Positions 25,512 through 35,140 of a stretch of 64,000 bases of DNA are shown here, piece by piece. Origin of the DNA: Pirellulales bacterium. Its GTDB lineage: Bacteria > Planctomycetota > Planctomycetia > Pirellulales > UBA1268. The first letter of the stretch is position 1. Each line of letters starts with the position of its first letter. The notes below the pieces were generated by a model. That model worked only from the letters and a program-made list of their open reading frames with translations, was not told the origin of the DNA and made no database searches. Position numbers and translations under genes: made by a program. The stretch lies in the NCBI GenBank assembly GCA_049695995.1, contig JBAVTF010000102.1, positions 5,189 through 69,188 of the forward strand, in the 5' to 3' direction.

Positions 25512-26213
25512 GTGCCCTCCCTCTGGACTTTCCGCCGGGATGCTTGTTCCGTGACTCACCCCTCGCAGCTCTCCGTGCAACGCATCGTGATCGTCGGCGC
25601 CGGCGGCTTCGGCCGGGAAGTCCTGCAGTGGGCCCGCGCCGCCTGGCCCGAGGCAGCAACGCACATCGCCGGTTTTCTCTCGGCCGATCCTCGCATCCTC
25701 GCGGGCCACGCCTGCCCGCTGCCTGTCATCGGCGATCCGGCCACTTTCGAGCCGGAGCCGGAAGATGGCCTCCTCTTGGCGATCGGGATTCCCTGCATCC
25801 GCCGCCGCGTAGCCGAGCTGCTGCTGGGCCGGGGCGCCGAGTTTCTCACGCTGATTCATCCCACCGCAATCGTCGTGCCCACGGCGCGGATCGGCACGGG
25901 AGCGATCGTCTGCCCGCAGGCGATCGTGAGCGACTCCGCCACGCTTGGCCGGTTCGCGCTCGTCAACTACCACGCATCCGTGGCCCACGACGCATCCGTG
26001 GGCGACTTCGCCGTGCTCTCGCCGTATGCCACGCTTGCGGGCGGGGCCCACGTGGGCGACGACGCATTCCTCGGCCTCCACGCTTCCGTCGGCCCGGGCG
26101 TGAGCGTCGGCCCGCGGAGCAAGGTGGCTGCGAACTCGTGTGCCCTCGCCGACACCCCAGCCGACTCGCTCGTGCACGGCGTGCCGGGCCGGATCACTCC
26201 GCTCCTCAGCTGA
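25512..26213 (+). CDS. NeuD/PglD-family left-handed beta-helix sugar N-/O-acyltransferase
   Basis: IVIVGAGGFGREVLQWA N-terminal domain followed by hexapeptide repeats (IGTGAIVCPQAIVSDSATLGRFALVNYHASVAHD...). An alternative GTG start lies at 25575. Confidence 0.85.
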   Translation: MPSLWTFRRDACSVTHPSQLSVQRIVIVGAGGFGREVLQWARAAWPEAATHIAGFLSADPRILAGHACPLPVIGDPATFEPEPEDGLLLAIGIPCIRRRVAELLLGRGAEFLTLIHPTAIVVPTARIGTGAIVCPQAIVSDSATLGRFALVNYHASVAHDASVGDFAVLSPYATLAGGAHVGDDAFLGLHASVGPGVSVGPRSKVAANSCALADTPADSLVHGVPGRITPLLS

Positions 26214-26239
26214 TCGCGAGCGACGCGTGCCAGGCTGCT

Positions 26240-26812
26240 CTACCAAATGGTCGCGAGTGGCACCTGGAGCGACCCGCCAAGTGCTGTGGCTGGGTCGGTT
26301 GGCGGCTCGAGCCGGTATAAGCCGTCCACCAATCGATACCGCTCGAGCTTTTGGTTCTCAGGATCCGCAATCCAATACTCGACAACTCCCGTTCGCTCGT
26401 AGAGTTGCTTCTTCAAGTCGGTGTCATGAGACGCCGTGGACGGCGAGAGGATCTCGACGACCAGGTCCGGCACTCCGTTGATCTTCGTCGGCGTGATCAT
26501 CCGAGCCCGATCCTTCAGCACGACGATCAGGTCTGGCTGGACGATGTCGTAGTCGGTGAGTTGCACATCGCAGGGCGCGTCGAATACAAGCCCAAGACCG
26601 GCAAGTTCGATCTGTGTGTACAGCTGATACTGAAGCCGCTTCGACACCGTCTGATGGGTCGTGGATGGTGCGGGGGTCACGTAGTGGTCTCCGTCGATGA
26701 TCTCGTGCCGCCGTCCGTCGTTCGGCAGGCAGCAGTACTCGCGGTACCCGAACCGCGTGCGCGGCCGCGCGACCGGTTGGCTCGACGACGATGGGCTGAT
26801 GTCGGTGGACAT
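26240..26812 (-). CDS. Uma2-family (DUF820) putative endonuclease
   Basis: HEIIDGDHYVTPAP, QPDLIVVLKD, PDLVVEILSPST and YERTGVVEYWIADP motifs. GGAGG Shine-Dalgarno about 8 nt upstream. More AT-rich than the flanks. Confidence 0.85.
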   Translation of the reverse strand: MSTDISPSSSSQPVARPRTRFGYREYCCLPNDGRRHEIIDGDHYVTPAPSTTHQTVSKRLQYQLYTQIELAGLGLVFDAPCDVQLTDYDIVQPDLIVVLKDRARMITPTKINGVPDLVVEILSPSTASHDTDLKKQLYERTGVVEYWIADPENQKLERYRLVDGLYRLEPPTDPATALGGSLQVPLATIW

Positions 26813-26885
26813 GACAATCCTCCAAGCGATTGCGAAATGTTATACAGACGTTCACTATTTGTCAAGAACGCCGCGGCATGGTGGC

Positions 26886-27818
26886 TTACGCGGCGACATG
26901 GGGAAGCCGTTTGGCTGCCGCACGTAGTCCGCATGCGGCCAGCGCCAGGCACACTAGCGTCACCGCACTGGGCTCAGGCACGACTGCCACGATCTGATTA
27001 CGGTAGTACGACAGATCCGCGACGAAGGTCTCGTTGCCAAACACCGCCGTCAGCTCGGGGCTCGGCTGCCCGGAATACCCGGCCACCGCCACCATGATCC
27101 CTGCCAACTGCCACTGGCCTCCGTTCTTCACGAACACCGGCCCGCCAAAGTCGCCTTCCACCGCCTGTGCCTCGGACGTCCCGTCGGCGAACTCAACCGC
27201 CGTCCACGTCGTCAGCACATCCTGGCTGCCGGTCGAAATCCACTGCTCGGTGCCGGCCACCGCGTTGGTACCCCAGCGCAACGCCCGCGTCGCGAGTGTC
27301 TGATACCCAGCGGCGCCTCCGCCCGACGACACCTCCGTCCACGTCCACGGCGTCGTGCTCTGATTCACGCTCCATTGGGTAAACGCCCCTCGATCGCGGC
27401 CGCCGCCGATCATCGTCACGGCCGTGCCCACAGTGGGCGTCGTCGTGGCGATCGGCAGCGTCGCCACGCCCGTCGGGATCCCGTTGATCTGAAACATCGT
27501 GAGGTCCGTCGTCGCCGTCTTCCCCGCTGCCCCGTTGTTCGTCAGGGTAAACGCCGTGCCGGGCACCTCCGAAAACGTCTGGCCATTGAACGTCATGTCT
27601 CCGGCGGTCGTGTGGTTGGGGGTGAGCACCCAGCCATTGCCGAGATACACGGCCGTGCCGTTGCCGCGGATGCTCACGTTGTTCCAGCCGGGATCATCGG
27701 CCGGCGCGGTCGTGTTGCCGGTGCCGGACGCCGTCTGGATGATCACCCCCCGCGCCGGTGCAGCCGCGAGGGCAAGCAGCACCGCGACGGAGGCCACGAA
27801 GAGCCGACGGGTGAGCAT
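26886..27818 (-). CDS. PEP-CTERM-anchored trypsin-fold protein with the active-site Ser position occupied by Phe
   Basis: Signal peptide MLTRRLFVASVAVLLALAAAPARG, a chymotrypsin-like His (WVLTPNHT) and Asp (TTDLTMFQI), GDFGGPVF where GDSGGP is expected, and a C-terminal VPEPSAVTLVCLALAACGLRAAAKR sorting signal. Confidence 0.7.
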   Translation of the reverse strand: MLTRRLFVASVAVLLALAAAPARGVIIQTASGTGNTTAPADDPGWNNVSIRGNGTAVYLGNGWVLTPNHTTAGDMTFNGQTFSEVPGTAFTLTNNGAAGKTATTDLTMFQINGIPTGVATLPIATTTPTVGTAVTMIGGGRDRGAFTQWSVNQSTTPWTWTEVSSGGGAAGYQTLATRALRWGTNAVAGTEQWISTGSQDVLTTWTAVEFADGTSEAQAVEGDFGGPVFVKNGGQWQLAGIMVAVAGYSGQPSPELTAVFGNETFVADLSYYRNQIVAVVPEPSAVTLVCLALAACGLRAAAKRLPHVAA

Positions 27819-27965
27819 GTGTGCTCTGGACACGATCGGAATCACGTGTGCGTCTCTGCAGTGGCGGTGCGGACGGGAGCCTCCGACCGAACGCCTGTAT
27901 GGTACATGCAGGCAGTCTGCCGCTCACCGCCGCTACACTTTGGGGGCCCCTGGAGGCAGCGATCC

Positions 27966-28681
27966 GTGAACGACGTATCGGCCATTATCCACGAGTTGTG
28001 CACCACCTGGCCCAAACTGCATGGCGAGCGAGGCGAGCGGCACCTGTCGCTCGATCCGCCCGTCCTCGAGTGGATTGCAGCGCACGTGCGCCCGGGCGAC
28101 GTCACGCTCGAAACCGGCTGCGGCTATAGCACGGTGGTGTTTTCGCCGCCGGCTGCCGCCACACGGTTATCTCTCCCTCCGCAGCCGAACACTCGCGGCG
28201 CCGCGCCTGGGGCGAGCAGCGCGGCATCGACTTCTCTCGCGTGACGTTCATCTCCACAAAGTCCGAAGACGTCCTCCCATCGTTCACGACGGCTCCGCTT
28301 TCACTGGCCCTGATCGATGGATGGCATGCGTTTCCTGGCCCGTTTCTCGACTGGTTTTTCATCAGCCGGCTGCTGGCGGTGGGGGGCTGCGTAATCGTGG
28401 ACGACGTGCAGCTTCGCGCATGCGGCATCCTCCGAGATTTTCTCAAAGCAGAGGCCGGCCGCTGGAAACAGACGGGGCGGGTCCTGCAATCCGAGATGTT
28501 CACGAAGCTCACAAACGCGTTGTTCGTGGGCGACTGGGAAACGCAACCCTTCGGCGCAAAACCGCGATTCACCGTCAAGCAACGAATCAGACGGCGGCTT
28601 ATCCCAGCGGTCGCCTTGGCACGAAAAGTGCCCATTCTCGCCGCCGTGCTCGATGCGATCCGCCGCAAGGATGGGGCGTGA
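27966..28681 (+). pseudogene. class I SAM-dependent methyltransferase (Methyltransf_24-like) split by a frameshift at a T4 run
   Basis: SAM motif I (VTLETGCGYSTVVF) is in one frame up to about 28142. The rest (FAAGCRHTVISPSAAEHSRRRAWGEQRGIDFSRVTFIS...LALIDGWHAF...VIVDDV) continues in the -1 frame from 28142. Confidence 0.65.
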
Positions 28682-28725
28682 GGAGCGGGGCAGCGGCACG
28701 CACGCACAATACACCCGCCGCTCGC

Positions 28726-29706
28726 TCACCCATACGCCTGCCGCATCAGCCGCCGTGTGATCGCCCGTTTTACGGCCCGAATCAATCGCAGTGTGCGAGG
28801 AACCGGGCCTCTTCCGTATTCCAGATACGCGCTGAATCGCCAGCGATGATACGGCGGCACACCCGCCGCGTGTGCAACCGCCGCTCGCATGCGGGCGTGA
28901 TCCAAGTGCCGGTCATATTGATGCAGCACCAGGCACGTAGGGGGCGTCTGATCCGGCGGCTGCCGCGGCTCCCAATCGAATCGTAGCTCATCAAACGGCG
29001 TTATGCCGATCGACCGCATCCAGCCATCCTCTGCCGCGCTGATCTCGAAGTCCGGCAACTGTCCCGCGTATGCCAGGTGGTTGTGAAGCGGCTGATCGCC
29101 GATTCGTTGGGTTAGCTCGACGCCCACTCGCTGCACTTCATCCGACATGGCGGCCAGATAGCCAAGCACTGCCTGACGCGGACCAAACACGGTGCCTGCA
29201 CACAGAATCGGCCTGTGGCCGAGAGCTGCACGTTCGCCCTCCCCGTACCCTTCCGCAATCCAATCGCGATTCCAGTGGTTCGCAGCGATTGGGGTGGCCG
29301 CATGCTCCTGCGAAAGCACGAGCCGCGACACGGTCGTTACAGCTTCGAGTGGCGCCGTCACGATCACGTCGCGGGTGTCGGCAAGGAGAAAATGCGTTTC
29401 GTCACGGGCCTCGATCGCTGCCCGATAGAGCGCGTGCCTGCGGCCGTAAAGCTCGAAAAGCCACTCGCGGCGGCGTGCAGCCGCTGCCTTGTGATCCACG
29501 CCTAGCCGAGGCGACGGCTCTATGGCCTCAACTGACTCCACTCGATACTCGTCAAACAAGAAACGATCTGCGTCGCCGAGCGGAGCGGTAACGAGAACGA
29601 TCGCCGTCCGCGGCGAGTGCAGCCGCACGCTCCGCACGAGCAGTTCGACGTTTTGCCAGACACGATCCCTTGGATAGGCCGCCAGCCCCAAGATCGCTTC
29701 GGCCAT
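28726..29706 (-). CDS. hypothetical protein, possible GT-A-like nucleotide-sugar transferase fold
   Basis: 326 aa, with alternating beta/alpha pattern (TAIVLVTAPLGDADRF; HFLLADTRDVIVTAP, a DxD-like motif). No family recognised. Confidence 0.45.
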   Translation of the reverse strand: MAEAILGLAAYPRDRVWQNVELLVRSVRLHSPRTAIVLVTAPLGDADRFLFDEYRVESVEAIEPSPRLGVDHKAAAARRREWLFELYGRRHALYRAAIEARDETHFLLADTRDVIVTAPLEAVTTVSRLVLSQEHAATPIAANHWNRDWIAEGYGEGERAALGHRPILCAGTVFGPRQAVLGYLAAMSDEVQRVGVELTQRIGDQPLHNHLAYAGQLPDFEISAAEDGWMRSIGITPFDELRFDWEPRQPPDQTPPTCLVLHQYDRHLDHARMRAAVAHAAGVPPYHRWRFSAYLEYGRGPVPRTLRLIRAVKRAITRRLMRQAYG

Positions 29707-29849
29707 GGTCGTACGTCCTGCGTGTCTGCTGCGGCTTTGGCATTTCCTGCAACGCATGCAGGCGTGATCATCATTTGTACCCCACAGGGATTCGCTGGAA
29801 GAAAACGCTGCCTCTCGTTGACCAGCAGCTCGCACCCCTTGGATACACT

Positions 29850-31307
29850 ATGGCCCCCCCCTTCGTGAAGCGTGCCATGAGATCTCGCGAGTTCCTTTCC
29901 CCGCAGCGTGGCCTCTCCGCTTTGGCTCTGGCCCTTGGTGCCGTCCAAGCGATGGCTGATGTGGCCGCACCCACACTCGCCCGCCCCCAGGATCAGGCCC
30001 GGTTTCGCGTAAGCGTGTTTGCCACCGGTCTCGGCTATCCAACGAGCATGGCCCAGTTCGCCGACGGATCCCTCCTCGTCGCCACGAGCACCGGCGGGAC
30101 GTCCTCGTGGCTGAACAACTACATCTTTTCATCCCCAAGCGGTGAGCTCGTGCGGCTTGCCGACGCTGACGGCGATGGCGTCGCCGATGGACCCGCGCAG
30201 CCAGTTGCTAGCGGCCTACCCGGACTTGTGACGACGGTGCGGCGGGAGGGGAACCTCATCTTTGCCCTGAGCGCCCAACCGGGCAGCCAGGCGATCACGA
30301 TCTGGAGAACCGGCTCCAGTGCCGCGGCTCCACTCGAGGCCGCCGGCCGACTTTCTTTCTCTCTACCGGCGGGCTTTGAGCATCCCCCATGCACGCTCGC
30401 CACACGACCGGCGCCAGGCGGCGGCGTGGAGCTGTTTTTCAACGTCGGCTCGGCGCACAACGCCCAATCGACGCCAGCCGAGCAGACGATCGGAATCACG
30501 GCGTCCGCGGGCGCAGCATTCGTGAGCGGCAGCGCGTTTCAGCTCGCGGCCGATTCCGTGCATCGCATTCGTGTCACCGCCGACGCCTCGACCGTGACTG
30601 TCGGAGTGCCGCAGCACATTGCCCGCGGCCTTCGCAATGCGGCAGGGATGGTGTTCGACTCCCAGGGCAATCTATGGCTTCAAGATAACGGCATCGACGG
30701 GATCCCGGCGACGGTCTCACTTTCCGCCGACGAATTGAATTTCATCCCCGCGGCTGACATCGGCACGAGCGTGCCCGACTTCGGCTTCGCCGCCACGTAC
30801 GTGGACTACGCGACGGGCGACGTGATCGGGCCAACTGCCGGCGTCGTGCAGCCGCTTGTCGCATTCCGACCGATCGCCGGCGAGAAGAGCGAAGGCGTCG
30901 TCGAACTCGCGATCGCCCCGACATCATTCCCCAGTGACTTTACCGGTGGCATATTCGCGCCGTTTTCGGGAGTGTTCAACCAAGGCGGCCTGGCCAACGA
31001 TGAAAACCCGCTGATCTTCGTAAAAACGACCGACAACACCTATTTCCACTTCATCGAGAACCAGCGGCTCGGACATCCGAACGGTCTCCTGTCAGCGGCT
31101 GACGGCCTTTACGTCTCCGACCTCAACTATCTGGGCCTGTTCGGCAACCCAGTTGGAAGCAACCCGCTGGTGCCGGCAGATCAACAGGGCGTGATCTACA
31201 AGATCACGTATGTGCCGGAGCCAGAATCGCTCTGGCTCGCTCTCTTCAGCCTGGCGAACCTTTTTACTCCATGTTCCAGCTTGCGGCGCCGCCCATCAGC
31301 TCTGTGA
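29850..31307 (+). CDS. PEP-CTERM-anchored beta-propeller protein (sorbosone/glucose dehydrogenase- or NHL-like)
   Basis: Signal peptide (LSALALALGAVQA), propeller-type blades (FATGLGYPTSMAQFADGSLLVAT; RNAAGMVFDSQGNLWLQDNG; PNGLLSAADGLYVSD), and a C-terminal VPEPESLWLALFSLANLF...RRR. Confidence 0.65.
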   Translation: MAPPFVKRAMRSREFLSPQRGLSALALALGAVQAMADVAAPTLARPQDQARFRVSVFATGLGYPTSMAQFADGSLLVATSTGGTSSWLNNYIFSSPSGELVRLADADGDGVADGPAQPVASGLPGLVTTVRREGNLIFALSAQPGSQAITIWRTGSSAAAPLEAAGRLSFSLPAGFEHPPCTLATRPAPGGGVELFFNVGSAHNAQSTPAEQTIGITASAGAAFVSGSAFQLAADSVHRIRVTADASTVTVGVPQHIARGLRNAAGMVFDSQGNLWLQDNGIDGIPATVSLSADELNFIPAADIGTSVPDFGFAATYVDYATGDVIGPTAGVVQPLVAFRPIAGEKSEGVVELAIAPTSFPSDFTGGIFAPFSGVFNQGGLANDENPLIFVKTTDNTYFHFIENQRLGHPNGLLSAADGLYVSDLNYLGLFGNPVGSNPLVPADQQGVIYKITYVPEPESLWLALFSLANLFTPCSSLRRRPSAL

Positions 31308-31388
31308 CGACGACGTGAAGCAGGGCTTGTCGGCGTGGCTGGCCGAAGCCAGGCAACTACCGGGTTGCGAGCGGAGAACCTGGGTTCT

Positions 31389-33300
31389 TTATCTCCCGAG
31401 CTCATGGCTAGAACGTATCCCATCAAATATTGGATCCAAGTACGGCGCGAGTGCCCTGGCGGCTGTGGCTGAGATATGGTTGTCGTCGCTGTATGCACAC
31501 GCCCCATCTACCAACAGACTGCTTTCGCTTGCCTTTCGCAACAGTGCCGCGACATCCAGATACGAAACGCGCTCGTTCGTGAGTCGCTGAAACAACAGAG
31601 CAATCGGCTCTGTCGCTGTTGCGAACTCCTCCTGGCTCACCGGGCGAACATCTTGCCATCCAAACAGCTCGTGCAGCGCCAGCTGCTTCGGCACATTGAA
31701 CCGCTGACTCGGCACTTCTTCCAGGATCCATACTCGCTCAACGCCGGCATTCAATACCGTAGTGATCGTTTCCGAAAGCGCCTTTGCCAGACACTGCTCC
31801 TTCTCTGTTGCATTGGTCGCAGGTTTTCCGTCGCTCCCGCAGTTCCACGTCATGAGGCCACTCCACCGTGCCGCCAGCACAACGCACGCCGGCCGTTCCC
31901 TCTGGAGATAAGCAACCGCGGCATCGCGGAACGCCCAATTCGGACCGTTGGCGCCGGGTGCATTCATGTGCAATCCAACAAGCGGCGGGGTCGCGCCGCG
32001 GGTGAGCGCTACACCCGACGCACGGTGGTCAAACGCGGCCTGATCGAACGCTGGCACAAGGGCATCGGCATGGCTGTCGCCCCACAACACAAAATCGGGT
32101 CTCGTGTCGCCATCCCTGCGACCAAGTCGCGGCATTTTGCCGTTTTGAATAATCCGAATCGGAAGATTGATCGTCTCCGCACGTCGCGGCTGCCAGTCGG
32201 CCATCCCCTGACTGAGCCGAACCACCTGCGGCGGTAATCGCTGCGGGAGCCCGCCTGTCCTATGCATGAGAAGTCCGCACACCGCCGTCGCGACTCCAGC
32301 AACAGCCCAGCTACCGAGCACGCGGCCGTCTGGCCAGCGGATTCCGCGGCCGGGCGTCTCCACAAACCGAAAAGACAGCCACGCAACGACGAGGGAGATG
32401 AGCCCGACCACATACGAGATCACCACGGAACACGAGCCGGCCATGCCAGACCACGGATAGCGAGCAAGCGTCAGTAGCGGCCAATGCCAAAGATAAAGGG
32501 AGTACGAAATCAACCCTGTCCATACGAGCCACGGCGAGGCCAGGAGCCGCTGCCACCCCGATGAAGAGCCCGCGGTAACGATGATGAGCCCTGCGGTTCC
32601 GCACACGGGAACCAACGCCGCCCACCCAGGAAACACCGATTGCTCCGAAAGGGCTGCCATTGGTGACAGAACACATGCCATCGACACCAGCCCAAGCCAC
32701 CCGCTCAACCCGGCAGAAACCACTGCCCTCGACGGGACGATCGCACACATCGCACCCGCGAGCAGCTCAAATGACCGACTCGGCAGTAAGTAATACGCGG
32801 ACCGGGCGTCGTGACCGCACTGCCAGACGCTCAAGCCAAAAGAGAGGAAAAACAAGGCTACGAACACCGCCGCCTGAATCAGCCGTGGGCGCTTTGCAAT
32901 CGCAACGACGAGCCATGGAAAAACCAGATAGAACTGCTCTTCGACAGCAAGGGACCACGTGTGCAAAAGCGGCCACGAGCGATGCGCCAAGGTCTTTCAA
33001 GTCGCGAGGCAGGAATATCGCACCGGCGAGGAGCGTTACGATCGCCGACATGACCGCAGCAGCAGGCAAAAGACGCCGCACGCGTCGGGCATAAAATCTC
33101 GTGAATGAGACCGCCCCTTGCGATGCTTCGCGCAGCAAGATCGAAGTGATCAGATAGCCCGAGATCACAAAAAACACATCGACGCCGACGAAGCCGCCAG
33201 GGAGAATCCGACTGTCAATGTGATTCGCGACGACCGCGAGAATGGCGATGCCCCTCAACCCATCGATCTCTGGTCGGTAATGAGGTGTCGGCGGGGTCAT
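31389..33300 (-). pseudogene. acyltransferase-3 (OafA-like) with C-terminal SGNH domain, disrupted by frameshift and apparent internal deletion
   Basis: The N-terminal part (RPEIDGLRGIAILAVVANH...DVFFVISGYLIT...FYARRVRRLLPA) and the remainder (LLHTWSLAVEEQFYLVFP... plus an SGNH-like tail) lie in different frames, joined near 32960-33000. Confidence 0.6.
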
Positions 33301-33328
33301 GAAGACGAGGCCCGTACGGACGACGCTT

Positions 33329-34087
33329 TCAGCAGTGTTTCATTTTCTTATTGATCACAAACAACCACCCTCGGTCGCAGTGCTCGTCGGGACGGCTGTT
33401 CTCGGTGAAGTGGTAGTAGGGCAGCCCAAGGCCGCGCACCGTGCCCTCCAACGTCGCGAGGGCGGGAAAGGCTTCAGGCTGGTTCGTGTCGTGGAAAAAC
33501 AGGAATCCGTCGTGCTTCACGATGCGCAGGTGCTGATCGAGCCACTCCGGGCTGCGGTAGTGGTCCGCATCCGAGATCAGCATGTCATAGGCGCCCGTCG
33601 GAGCAGAACGCACGAACTCTTCTTCACCGCTGCACACGATGTTGACGCCGAGCGCTCGCAATTGCTTGGCAATAGGCGGCTCCTGCCCTTGCGTATCGTA
33701 CCAATTGTCAACACTGGTCAGTTGGCCCACGCCGTTGTAGCGAATCGCGTAGGCGAGGCTGGCGGAGAGATACCCGCTGCCGACGCCCAATTCGACAACC
33801 GCTTTCGGCTTCATTGACAGCACCATGCCCGCGACCAGCATGTTGTGGGCACGATCGAGCGCCACCGGATTGCGATGATCGAACGACAAAACGAGATTGA
33901 AATAGGAAACGAGATCGTCGTTCCTCTCACCCGGCTTCAGTCCTGCGGATGAAGTGGAATGAAGATCCGCAAACCGGGGAGGCGCACCGCCGGCTTGGCG
34001 AATAGCCGCAGCGAATCGCTGCGCCATCCCGAGCATCGGCCCCGGCAGAACGGCCTTGATCGCTCGCTTTACGGTATTGAGAGCCAT
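33329..34087 (-). CDS. class I SAM-dependent methyltransferase
   Basis: VVELGVGSGYLSASLA (motif I) and YDMLISDADH. 252 aa. Confidence 0.8.
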   Translation of the reverse strand: MALNTVKRAIKAVLPGPMLGMAQRFAAAIRQAGGAPPRFADLHSTSSAGLKPGERNDDLVSYFNLVLSFDHRNPVALDRAHNMLVAGMVLSMKPKAVVELGVGSGYLSASLAYAIRYNGVGQLTSVDNWYDTQGQEPPIAKQLRALGVNIVCSGEEEFVRSAPTGAYDMLISDADHYRSPEWLDQHLRIVKHDGFLFFHDTNQPEAFPALATLEGTVRGLGLPYYHFTENSRPDEHCDRGWLFVINKKMKHC

Positions 34088-34264
34088 TGGGTATCGCTCC
34101 GCTGAAGCAAAAGTGTGTCGAGTAGGCCGTGGAGAAAGACTCGAATGCTAAGCCAGAAACAAGACGCCGTCCGTTCTCCCTGATGCGACGCGCCGGGAAT
34201 CAAGGCGCTTCAACGAAGAGCCGTATCCACCGGCGACGAAGGCGATGCCGCAAAGACGCCCCTT

Positions 34265-35140
34265 TCACTCTTGCGAACGCACTTCCTTGGTTTTCAGAAC
34301 GATCAGGTAGTCATAGATTGCCATGAGCATGCAGTAATGAAACCCGGGCCCGCCGTCCCAAAACCCACGCCGCAGGAAATACAGATACAGAAATCGCCAC
34401 AACGGCCGGGCCGGCAACGAATCAGCGAGCCGCTTGCGGGACTGTTGCCGCTCTTGGCGCGTGGCCCCACGAAATGCACTGACGAGCGCTCTGCTCCACG
34501 GCATCCGGAGAGAAGCGATCCGTTTTGCTTCGTCCGATGAATACCGATTGTGGCGGCTAAGCCAGTCGGAGATGCCTTTCGAAAAGTTGTAGTGCAAGTA
34601 GGGCTCGCGGAGCGTTCCCACGCCGCGTGCAGTCGGCCCGAGAGTCTGCCCATGACCGGTCTGCACAAACCGTGATTCACCGATCCGCAGAAGCCTCGCC
34701 TGGTAATAGGGATACATGCTCGCATGCCGAATCCACCGGTCCATGAACATCAGCTTGTTCGCGAGGAGATAAGCGCTCTTCTCGTCGCGCGCCACGACAT
34801 CCAGCAGCTCGTGATGCAAGGCCGGCGTCATGCACTCATCGGCATCGAGGTGCAGCACCCAGGGGTGCCTGAATGGCACAGTGTCGATCGCCCAGTTGCG
34901 CTGGCCGGCAAACGTGTCGAACTGCCTCTCGAACGTCCTGACGGGATATCGCTCGCACACTTGTAGCGTTGCGTCGGAACTGTATGAGTCGAGCACCACG
35001 ATGTCGTCACACGCTTGCAGGGAATCCAGGCATCGGCTGATGTTCACCGCTTCGTTGCGTGTGAGAATGAGAACCGAATATCCGGTGGACTCCGCCGCCG
35101 CACCCCTCAGCGGAGCTATTTGTGTTCCGTCAATGTTCAT
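34265..35140 (-). CDS. family 2 glycosyltransferase
   Basis: YSVLILTRNEAVNISRCLDSL...IVVLDSYSSDAT...LHLDADE (DxD). Start at the ATG at 35140, overlapping the upstream stop (TGATG). Confidence 0.85.
   Translation of the reverse strand: MNIDGTQIAPLRGAAAESTGYSVLILTRNEAVNISRCLDSLQACDDIVVLDSYSSDATLQVCERYPVRTFERQFDTFAGQRNWAIDTVPFRHPWVLHLDADECMTPALHHELLDVVARDEKSAYLLANKLMFMDRWIRHASMYPYYQARLLRIGESRFVQTGHGQTLGPTARGVGTLREPYLHYNFSKGISDWLSRHNRYSSDEAKRIASLRMPWSRALVSAFRGATRQERQQSRKRLADSLPARPLWRFLYLYFLRRGFWDGGPGFHYCMLMAIYDYLIVLKTKEVRSQE

Noticed and set aside
28241-28681. Treating the 146-aa ORF as an intact stand-alone gene
   Set aside because: It lacks the SAM-binding motif I, which sits immediately upstream in another frame. 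The upstream extension of its own frame is open and homologous-looking, indicating a split gene.
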